The notes: generated from the sequence alone by a model not told the origin. Shown: positions 19,245 through 27,075, counted from the first letter of the stretch. The stretch: 32,000 nt of DNA from Chlorobiota bacterium (GCA_016868665.1 VGGK01000001.1:106762-138761), one strand, 5' to 3'. Translations and numbers: made by a program.

Positions 19245-20456
19245 ATGGATAATACGACATCGATCACAGAGAAGGCCGCAGATTACGTATTCAGACTGTT
19301 CAGGGAAAAAGAGAACGGCTGCTGCCCATATCACAATTATGCACATACCGCTGAAACCGTTGATACCTGCCGGGAAATAGCTGAAGGTATGAACGCGACG
19401 GCGTCAGAAACAGAGATTCTCATGCTCGCTGCCTGGTTTCACGATACCGGCTGTCTTTTCGGTATCCGGGATCATGAGCAGAAAAGCACTGAAATCGCAA
19501 AAGATTTTCTCAGGGAAAACGGTTATCCGGAAGAAGATACCGAACAGGTATGCCGCTGCATCCTTGCAACGAAACTGCCGCAACAACCGCGTTCAATGCT
19601 TGAAGAGATCATCTGCGATGCCGATCTCTCACATCTCGGAAAACCCGGATACCGCCAGAAAAGCGAGCTTGTAAGGCTTGAACTGGAAAAAAATGATAAC
19701 AGAAGTTTCAGCGATATCGAATGGCTGAAGCTTAACATCGACTTTTTCAACAGGAACCCGTTCCGAACGAAATATGCAAGCCTTGCTTTCAATACCGATC
19801 GAAAAAAAAATCTTGTTGATCTGCACCAGCGGCTGAGAAAAAAAAACAGCGCGGAAGAAGATGATGCGGGGAGGAATCGGGAATCGGAGGAAAAGCAAAA
19901 GAAAAAAACAAAAGGCAAGGACGTGCCGGAAAGAGGCCTCGAACGCAACATGGAGGTCTACTACCGAACCTCGTCAAGAAACCACGTCGATTTCAGCGCC
20001 ATTGTCGATCATAAAGCAAATATCATGATCCAGACAAATTCGCTCATTTTTTCGATCATCATATCACTTCTGGTCAGAAAACTCGACGAATTTCCTGAAC
20101 TGGTGGCGCCGACTTTTGTGCTGCTGCTCAGTTGCGTAGCAACAATCATCACATCAGTGCTGGCAACAAGGCCGAAAGTGACGAGGTCAAATACCACCCT
20201 GGAAAGCATCAGGGAAAGAAAAGCAAACCTTCTCTTTTTCGGGTCATTCATCAACCTCCGCCTTGATGAATTCGAATGGGGCATGAAAGAGATGCTGAAT
20301 GACAAATCGTACTACATCGACAATATGATTCGCGACACCTATTTCCTGGGGAAAGTGCTTGATTACAAATACAGATTCCTCCGTCTGTCCTACGATATTT
20401 TCATGATCGGACTGGTTGTATCGATCGGCCTTTACGCCTTTGCGTTCATGAAGTGA
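19245..20456 (+). CDS. HD-domain phosphohydrolase fused to a C-terminal 3-TM PycTM/DUF5706-like module
   Basis: I trimmed the start to the ATG at 19245, because the track start is TTG at 19209. The HD residues are YHNYAH, WFHDTG and CDADLSH. A Lys/Glu-rich linker spans about 19800..19931. The C-terminal region (19950..20453) begins YYRTSSRNHVDFSAIVDHKANIMIQTNSLI and holds three hydrophobic helices. I recognise it from memory as Pfam PF18967-like, and this is not verified. Confidence 0.75.
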   Translation: MDNTTSITEKAADYVFRLFREKENGCCPYHNYAHTAETVDTCREIAEGMNATASETEILMLAAWFHDTGCLFGIRDHEQKSTEIAKDFLRENGYPEEDTEQVCRCILATKLPQQPRSMLEEIICDADLSHLGKPGYRQKSELVRLELEKNDNRSFSDIEWLKLNIDFFNRNPFRTKYASLAFNTDRKKNLVDLHQRLRKKNSAEEDDAGRNRESEEKQKKKTKGKDVPERGLERNMEVYYRTSSRNHVDFSAIVDHKANIMIQTNSLIFSIIISLLVRKLDEFPELVAPTFVLLLSCVATIITSVLATRPKVTRSNTTLESIRERKANLLFFGSFINLRLDEFEWGMKEMLNDKSYYIDNMIRDTYFLGKVLDYKYRFLRLSYDIFMIGLVVSIGLYAFAFMK

Positions 20457-21570
20457 GAGCCGCTCTGTCTTCCGGCATAAACGCATCGATACGGTAGAGA
20501 CAGATATCCTGCAGTCGGCCTTTAAGCTTCAGACAACCAATGAACTCAGTATTGAGCTCATTGAGGTTCTTAATGGGAAAAAGGAGGAACAGCTCTTCGG
20601 AAACAAGAAGGCTCGCATGATGAGCCACACACTCGGCCTGGATTCTTGACGCGGTATTGACGGTATCCCCATGAAAAACCACCTCTTTTTTCAGATCGCC
20701 TACCTCCCCGGCAATCACTTTTCCGGCATGCATGCCGGCTTTGAACTTCGGCTTGTAATGATAAGCGCTCATGTACTTGTCGGAAAGCTCCTCCATCTTG
20801 CTCTGGATATCGAAGAAACACCGCACACAATTTATTTTTTTCGCGCCCTGCCTTATATCCCAGGTCACAACGACAGCATCTCCGACATATTGATAGACCT
20901 CCCCGGAATACCGTGAAATAATATCCGAAATATCGTTAAACACGTCGTACAGCAGATCGTGGTAGCGTGCATGGCCGATTTTTTCGGCAACCGCCGTCGA
21001 TCCGTACAGGTCCATGAACATGAACACCCGCTCTTCCTCATGAGGAATACGATAACGGTCCGTCACCGTATCGAGAATTTTTTTTTCACCTACACGACTG
21101 ACAATCAGATGAAATGTCCGGATGGGAAACGAAACAAAAAAGAGAAAAAGCAGCAGGGGAATACTTTCGATATGCATGAAAAGATAAAGGGATGCTTCAG
21201 GATCGCCGTATCCTGGAACTGAAACAGCGATAACCGTATGCTCTACAGCTGTAAAGATAAAAAGACCGGTCATTGCAGCAAGCACATAAAGCGCCGTACC
21301 CGTCAGCAACGACCGGAAAAAGCCGAGGTTTTTCGTCAGTCCTGTAACAATATAAAGGTTGGCTGCGGCAACAGTCAGACCGGCAGCCAGGGCAAGTGAA
21401 AAAAAATGAAAAACAGAGTGCGCATCCTGAGAAAAGGGGTAAACAGACATCGTTTTTCCTGCAACTGTCATCAGGAGAAAATAAGCGATGAACGCCATCA
21501 GATATTCGGCTGTGATCCAGAATGCGGTTACTGTTTTCTGTATGGTCTTGTTTTCAAACTTCATCGACAT
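20446..21570 (-). CDS. Membrane-anchored class III adenylate/guanylate-type nucleotide cyclase
   Basis: I trimmed the start to the ATG at 21570 (MSMKFENK...). The N-terminal ~180 aa holds about 6 hydrophobic helices. The cyclase homology domain has FMFMDLYGST, YVGDAVVVTW, GMHAGKVIAGEVG and HGDTVNTASRIQ. The 3' end overlaps the convergent HD gene by 11 nt. Confidence 0.85.
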   Translation of the reverse strand: MSMKFENKTIQKTVTAFWITAEYLMAFIAYFLLMTVAGKTMSVYPFSQDAHSVFHFFSLALAAGLTVAAANLYIVTGLTKNLGFFRSLLTGTALYVLAAMTGLFIFTAVEHTVIAVSVPGYGDPEASLYLFMHIESIPLLLFLFFVSFPIRTFHLIVSRVGEKKILDTVTDRYRIPHEEERVFMFMDLYGSTAVAEKIGHARYHDLLYDVFNDISDIISRYSGEVYQYVGDAVVVTWDIRQGAKKINCVRCFFDIQSKMEELSDKYMSAYHYKPKFKAGMHAGKVIAGEVGDLKKEVVFHGDTVNTASRIQAECVAHHASLLVSEELFLLFPIKNLNELNTEFIGCLKLKGRLQDICLYRIDAFMPEDRAALTS

Positions 21571-21631
21571 AATGTATTCAACTCGAAAAACGGCAATCCT
21601 TTTTTGCAATATCTGCAATAAAAAAGAAAAG

Positions 21632-21658
21632 AAAAACCCGGATCGCTCCGGGTTTTTT
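21632..21658 (-). terminator. Rho-independent terminator (looks bidirectional) between the Omp85-fusion gene and the cyclase gene
   Basis: The stem is ACCCGGA(21636..21642)-tcgc-TCCGGGT(21647..21653). It is flanked by an A run (21632..21636) and a T run (21653..21658). On the minus strand the hairpin is followed by TTTTTcTTTTcTTTTTT. It lies about 150 nt after the stop at 21805. Confidence 0.6.
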
Positions 21659-21804
21659 CCCCATCAAGCACTTCCTGCCCATATCGACAATACATGTTTC
21701 TTTGATCTCACAGGTTTTAATACTGCTGCAATCATGAACAAAACAGCTGGTATTGTTCTGATGCGAGGAGTAACAACCAACAGAAAAAGAGATTCGTACA
21801 ACGG

Positions 21805-24558
21805 CTAAAAGCTGAAACCCGTCCTGAAATAAATCCCGTAATCATCCATCAGGCGTCCATCGTCAAAGCCTCTGGCGTAGACGATACTTGCACTGTATCT
21901 CGATTCGATAAATCCGAACCACATACCGCTGCCAGCAGAGGTATGCCATGCAGAGGAGTCTTCTCCATCGAGAAAAACCCTGCCGGTTTCCAGGAATGCA
22001 ATCGGCCCGTAGATGACAGGAACGAGAAACTTGAAGGAACCCAGATAGAGACGCAGTTCAGAACCTGCATAGAGCGATGCGTCGCCGGAAAAACGCTGCC
22101 TGTCGTAGCCTCGGAGCGAAGTCGATCCTCCGAGATAAGCCGCTTCCCAGAAAGGATAGTCGCCCCAAAGTTTTTCTCCTCCGATCCGCAGCACCAGACG
22201 GGAATATCCGGGTGTCGAGAAGGGGATATAAGTACGCACTTCTCCACGCAATCTCGTAAACGTTTCGTCATTACCGAAAAATTCCGGATAGTGGCTCGCT
22301 TCCAGATCCACAAGCATGCCGCTTGTAGCTGAAGTGGTACCTCCCCCTTCGCTTCCGGCAAGCCGTCCGGCCTGCTTGCGGGGAGAAAGCTCCACATAAT
22401 CGCCGCTCTGGCGGGAATCGTAGTGAAACCCTATATGGAAACTGCCGGAAAAATCAGTGTCGATACCAGGAATGTCTGCACGATTGAGATCGATGAACGA
22501 ACCCGGTTCGATATCAAGATCAACCCATTTTGCTCCGAATCCGGCGCTCCAGCGGTACTGTCTGTCCATCGGGTAACGCAGCGAGACCCTGATGCTCGTC
22601 ATCTGGTTCAATAACTCGAAATCATCCTCCCTCATGCCTGAACCCCTGAAGTAGTTTTCATTGCCCAGACCATAAAAGTTCATCATATCGAGACCCGAGG
22701 TACCGGCTTCCAGAAGAAGACTCGCATTACGGAACAGTGTCCTGAAATCTCCCCGGTAGTACAACTGGTAACGAAAATCGTCGCCTGCTGCCACCCCTCC
22801 GTTAAGCCGCATGTTGTAACGATAGGGTTCCGACCTGAAGCCATAATCCTCTACCGAAAATCCCCAACCGAGATACGGCCCGTAATCCGGCGAGTAATTA
22901 AGATCGACGCCGGTAATGTTGGCAACGACTTCCTGTCCCGAATCCCTTGGTCTGAGATCGTATTTATCCTTGTCTTCCTTGGGTTCCGGCTTGGCCTGAT
23001 GCCGGTCAACAACCGTATAGCGGGTACCGGAAAATTCCGACCGGTCGCCATGATCATAAAAAAAAGTCATCTTTTCGGCCGTCCATGGGTATCCGGCAGC
23101 AGGTTTTTCTGTACGGTCTTCGAACCTGTCCGCACCCTCACCTCCGATAACCCTTACCTTGAGGCTGTTTTTAACCACCGGCCCATCAACAAGTACAGCA
23201 TCATCGCCGTCTCCGAGATAGAGGCGAACTTCCCGGGTTTCACGGGGATCGAACACCCTCCGGTAAACGGACTGCCCTGAAACCTCCCCGGGCAAATCGG
23301 CTTTACGGAACACGGAAACCTCTACCTGGCCATCCTGAAGACGATGAACTCTGGCAAATTCGGGTTTATCGCTGGCGAATACATCCACATCCTCTGCGTA
23401 GAGCAGATAGAGTTCCTCAGACGCTTTGCTCAGGAGATCCCGTCTGGATCGCAAATCCCGTTCGAGAAGCTCTCCTTCCTTTGCATACATTGCCGGCGGC
23501 ATCCTGCCGACAGCGCGCCCGATGACCTCATCGGTCAGCTTCATCTGCAGTTCTGCAGTCACGGCATTCCATTCATCCCTGCCGATTCCCGAAAGCAGCC
23601 TCCGGTCAAGCGGCCTGCCGGACCAGCTCAGATATCTGATGTCCGCATACTTCCCGCCGAAACCCTCGATCTGGGGAATGATCTGGGTAATGATCCACGA
23701 AAAGATTCCATCCTGTCGCGAAAACGCATTATCCCTGTCGCGTGGAACAGGAACCCATACAGTAGCCCCTTCTTTTTTATAACCGGCCCATCGCCACTGA
23801 TCGGAGTGACGATCCCAGTCTCCAATGAAAAGGTCGATCAGCCTGGCGCGAAGAAAGGCCCTTGCATCGATCCTGTTTGCACTGTCATCTTCAAGGTTGT
23901 CGAAAACCTTGTAGGTTCCGGATACTCTATCGGCCGCCTTGAAGCCGGCTCCGGGTACAGAGCTCTGTTCGGGATGTTCCTCGATAGTTCCGACCAGACC
24001 GGCAAATTCATCGTAAAACTGCCCAAGAAAAGCCTTGTCGTAAGGCATCACGACAATTTTCGGAGCGACATTGCAGACTCCCGCAGCATCCAGGAGAGGA
24101 GGAATAATCTGACCTGAAACCGGATTCGATGTGCTTACCTGATCCTGTACGACATCGGACACCACGGTATTTCGCAGTTTGGGAGGCATTCCCCTCGCCG
24201 GGTCCTTGTCGAGCGTTCTGAAACGGTACTCCTTGCCGTCCGAACCCCTGAAACGAAGACTGACAGTCTGAAAACCGCCACCTTTTTCCAGCGGAGTCAA
24301 CCCGCCGGCAAAGGTTCCGGGATCGAGAACAGGAACTTCGACCGGTGTTGTCCAGAGCGATCTCCAGTGTTCGCCGAAAATAAGGGTATGCAGGGCACCG
24401 GCCTTATAATCCGCCCCGGGCACAACAGTGACGAGGCTGCGACCGGCAACACTTTCAAACGGTATTTTTGCCGGCTGAGCCTCAACGATGGCCGGATGCA
24501 GGATCGATGGGCAAGAAATGACAAACGCACAGGCAATACCTCTCAGAAATAAATTCAT
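21805..24558 (-). CDS. Secreted outer-membrane protein: Omp85/D15-type beta-barrel fused to a large uncharacterised N-terminal domain
   Basis: I trimmed the start to the ATG at 24558, giving the signal peptide MNLFLRGIACAFVISCPSILHPAIVEAQ. The C-terminal third has the Omp85 loop-6-type motif GGSTSLRGYDRQRFSGD (RGY codons 22105..22113), alternating beta-strand patterning and a terminal ...YFRTGFSF. The N-terminal ~520 aa is not recognised as POTRA. Confidence 0.8.
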   Translation of the reverse strand: MNLFLRGIACAFVISCPSILHPAIVEAQPAKIPFESVAGRSLVTVVPGADYKAGALHTLIFGEHWRSLWTTPVEVPVLDPGTFAGGLTPLEKGGGFQTVSLRFRGSDGKEYRFRTLDKDPARGMPPKLRNTVVSDVVQDQVSTSNPVSGQIIPPLLDAAGVCNVAPKIVVMPYDKAFLGQFYDEFAGLVGTIEEHPEQSSVPGAGFKAADRVSGTYKVFDNLEDDSANRIDARAFLRARLIDLFIGDWDRHSDQWRWAGYKKEGATVWVPVPRDRDNAFSRQDGIFSWIITQIIPQIEGFGGKYADIRYLSWSGRPLDRRLLSGIGRDEWNAVTAELQMKLTDEVIGRAVGRMPPAMYAKEGELLERDLRSRRDLLSKASEELYLLYAEDVDVFASDKPEFARVHRLQDGQVEVSVFRKADLPGEVSGQSVYRRVFDPRETREVRLYLGDGDDAVLVDGPVVKNSLKVRVIGGEGADRFEDRTEKPAAGYPWTAEKMTFFYDHGDRSEFSGTRYTVVDRHQAKPEPKEDKDKYDLRPRDSGQEVVANITGVDLNYSPDYGPYLGWGFSVEDYGFRSEPYRYNMRLNGGVAAGDDFRYQLYYRGDFRTLFRNASLLLEAGTSGLDMMNFYGLGNENYFRGSGMREDDFELLNQMTSIRVSLRYPMDRQYRWSAGFGAKWVDLDIEPGSFIDLNRADIPGIDTDFSGSFHIGFHYDSRQSGDYVELSPRKQAGRLAGSEGGGTTSATSGMLVDLEASHYPEFFGNDETFTRLRGEVRTYIPFSTPGYSRLVLRIGGEKLWGDYPFWEAAYLGGSTSLRGYDRQRFSGDASLYAGSELRLYLGSFKFLVPVIYGPIAFLETGRVFLDGEDSSAWHTSAGSGMWFGFIESRYSASIVYARGFDDGRLMDDYGIYFRTGFSF

Positions 24559-24749
24559 GGCAGGATCTCGTTGAAATGAAACATCCGATAGACGACAAAG
24601 AGAAAAACAGGAAAACAACGGAACCGGATGACTATCAGAAAAGAAGATAGCCAATCATGGAACAAGAGCAATAAACCCGGAAAGAATACAACAGTAAAGC
24701 AATAATGAAACGTTCTTTATTACACGTACACAATAGAATTGGTTACCAT

Positions 24750-25640
24750 TCATTCTCGGAACCTGTAGACGGCAGCTCTTCCTCGCAGCATATCTTCGCT
24801 GCTTATCAGCAGAGAGTTGTCAGGCAATACAGCTACACCTTCCGGTTGCGGGTGATATACCGAAGGGAGGCTCTGCAGATCTATCAGGGAACCGGTACGG
24901 TAATCGATTTCTGCAATAAGCCTTGAACCCGACGAAACAATGATAAAATTGCCCGAAAGAGGGTGTCTGGTTATCCCCGAAGGCCTGAAGCCTTTTTTTC
25001 CTGCAGATTCGGCAACATGCCGGGCATCGATAAAAAAACGGGCTTGCCGGCTGAGTTTGTTTGCAGTGAGAGAAAACGAATAAACAGGGCGAGATGCCGA
25101 TTGGTCGAAGGGTTTCTTGCCTGCGCTCCCTTTGCATGCGAGCAGAAGCGAAGCAGTCGAAGGGTCATGACACAACCCTTCAACTTCATACGAAGAACCA
25201 ATCCCTGTCTTATAGACAATGGCCTGCACCGATTCATTATCCCTCCCCTCGCGGAACTCATAGAGTTTCCCTGAACTGGTAACCAGAAAAAAACGGTCCC
25301 CGGCTATGGCGATATCTTCGAAATCGTCTTCAACTCTTCCATTTCCAAACCAGCGTCTGGTTACCACATGAAATCGCTTGATGACCGTTCCGTTCGAAGG
25401 ATCCAGTTGATAAATCGTCGAAACCTCGTCATCATGCGCAAACAGTTTTCCAGTCCGGGAAACCGCGACACCGGATATTTCTCGAAGAGACGTCGGCAGG
25501 ACAAGCTGACGGAATGGCTTGCCCGCAAGATCGTAGCGGTGCAACAGACCGGGAGCATCGGATAAAACAGGATTAACCGGGCAAAGAATGAAAACGGCGA
25601 TTGCGAACAGTGTCGAAAACCGATGAAGCGTTCTTTTCAT
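24750..25640 (-). CDS. SdiA-regulated/YjiK-like beta-propeller protein, secreted
   Basis: I trimmed the start to the ATG at 25640, giving the signal peptide MKRTLHRFSTLFAIAVFILCPVNPVLS. LREISGVAV...DDEVSTIYQLDP.NG.VI and the C-terminal PEGVAVLPDNSLLISSE....VYRF resemble the E. coli YjiK family pattern (EISGL..., AEGVAMD..G.IYIVSEPN.FYRF), recalled from memory. Confidence 0.7.
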   Translation of the reverse strand: MKRTLHRFSTLFAIAVFILCPVNPVLSDAPGLLHRYDLAGKPFRQLVLPTSLREISGVAVSRTGKLFAHDDEVSTIYQLDPSNGTVIKRFHVVTRRWFGNGRVEDDFEDIAIAGDRFFLVTSSGKLYEFREGRDNESVQAIVYKTGIGSSYEVEGLCHDPSTASLLLACKGSAGKKPFDQSASRPVYSFSLTANKLSRQARFFIDARHVAESAGKKGFRPSGITRHPLSGNFIIVSSGSRLIAEIDYRTGSLIDLQSLPSVYHPQPEGVAVLPDNSLLISSEDMLRGRAAVYRFRE

Positions 25641-25684
25641 AATAAAACATCTATCCGGACAAAAAAACTGACATGGAGATCTCG

Positions 25685-26758
25685 TCATGCGAGCAGATGA
25701 ATACGGGAAAACACGTAATCGAGATGGTCCTCATTAAGTACGATACGATAATACCCTGAATTCCCGAGTTCCTGGGGACGGTTATCCCGATCGCTGCTGA
25801 ATTTTCGGCTCTGCTTGCCATTGAACCAGTATACCAGACGGATGATGTTTCCTTCGATTTCAAGAGCGGTGATGCCCCGTTTGCCGATAGCACAGCCTGA
25901 ATTGAAAACACTCGGGATGGTCAGCGTATTGTAAAGACCGCTTCGCAACCCTATTTTTTTGCCCTGCTTGTAACAGGAATCCAGTTCTTCTTTTAGTGAG
26001 TCTATTTTTTCCCTGATAGAAATTCTTTCTTCTGTTTTCGCAGACGGATAAGCCCGGCATAGTTCCTCGATGCGATAGTTCAGATAATCGACTTTCGAGA
26101 GTGATTCAAAAAGCGGCCGGTGGGTGTGGCCGATAACCGATACGATCTTTGCGTTATTGGAAAAGTCGTAAATGGATTTCTCTATAGCAAACCTTCTGCG
26201 GCTGTTATAGGCAATTGAAAAATTCCGGATACCTGCCGGCTTTGCGATATAACGAAGAAAAAACACAACTGAACGACTGACGAGTGGATAGGTTTCCCAG
26301 AGCAGGACCGACGCCTGATGGCCATGAAAAAGCAGCAGGGTCTCTTTTCCGTAAAAAAACCTGAGCGCTTCGATCATGTAAGGAGCAAGCCTGTAGTCCC
26401 GGTCGTCGAGCAGAGCCGCATCATGGTTGCCGTAGGTTTTATAAAAAAAACCGTTGTGCTCGAACTTAAGAAACAGATCGTAAAACGCATTCCACTCTTC
26501 GGTAATGCTATGGAGGGAAAATTTGAACAACTCCTCGATATCGCCGTTAAGTACCAGGCTGTATTGGCCGGGATAATAAAAATCCGCAAGCATGGTCTTG
26601 ACGAGATCGGCGTTACGACGGAATTCGTCGCGCCGCCCCCCGTTGCCCATATGCAGGTCGCTGAGAATCAGAACTCTTGAGGAGCCGTCGAGAACTACAG
26701 GATGGGCATTGCCAAGAAGGCGTTCAAGGTGAGGATGTTTCTTGTGATGTGGCTGCAT
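25685..26758 (-). CDS. Metallophosphoesterase (calcineurin-like, LpxH-like motif set)
   Basis: 357-aa ORF with an ATG start. The motifs are LILSDLHMGNG, LNGDIEE, YGNHD, FHGH and IGHTHRP. Confidence 0.85.
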   Translation of the reverse strand: MQPHHKKHPHLERLLGNAHPVVLDGSSRVLILSDLHMGNGGRRDEFRRNADLVKTMLADFYYPGQYSLVLNGDIEELFKFSLHSITEEWNAFYDLFLKFEHNGFFYKTYGNHDAALLDDRDYRLAPYMIEALRFFYGKETLLLFHGHQASVLLWETYPLVSRSVVFFLRYIAKPAGIRNFSIAYNSRRRFAIEKSIYDFSNNAKIVSVIGHTHRPLFESLSKVDYLNYRIEELCRAYPSAKTEERISIREKIDSLKEELDSCYKQGKKIGLRSGLYNTLTIPSVFNSGCAIGKRGITALEIEGNIIRLVYWFNGKQSRKFSSDRDNRPQELGNSGYYRIVLNEDHLDYVFSRIHLLA

Positions 26759-27075
26759 TGCGTCTGCGTGTACCTCCCTGTTACTCCGAAACCTGCCGAT
26801 AAACCCCTTTGAGTCCGCCTAATCAGTGCGTCTCCGTTCACTCTCAGGGATTTACACTGGGATATAATTAATTTTTTTCTCCCGACAAACTGTCGTGGCA
26901 CACTCGGAAAAGAAACTCACCCCCCCTGCCTGCTCCATACAACCGCAAATCCGGAATAAAACTCTCAACCATGCAATATATAATGGTTTCATCTTCTGTT
27001 TCTGTTAACTTACCGTGAACTGACCAACTCCTTCGATGCCATGCAGTAACGAATACATAAACGAATATACTGCAA

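Noticed and set aside
23344-24117. 257-aa and 118-aa plus-strand ORFs antisense to the Omp85-fusion gene
   Set aside because: The minus-strand frame is open for 949 codons, with a signal peptide and barrel motifs. The antisense products have no features.
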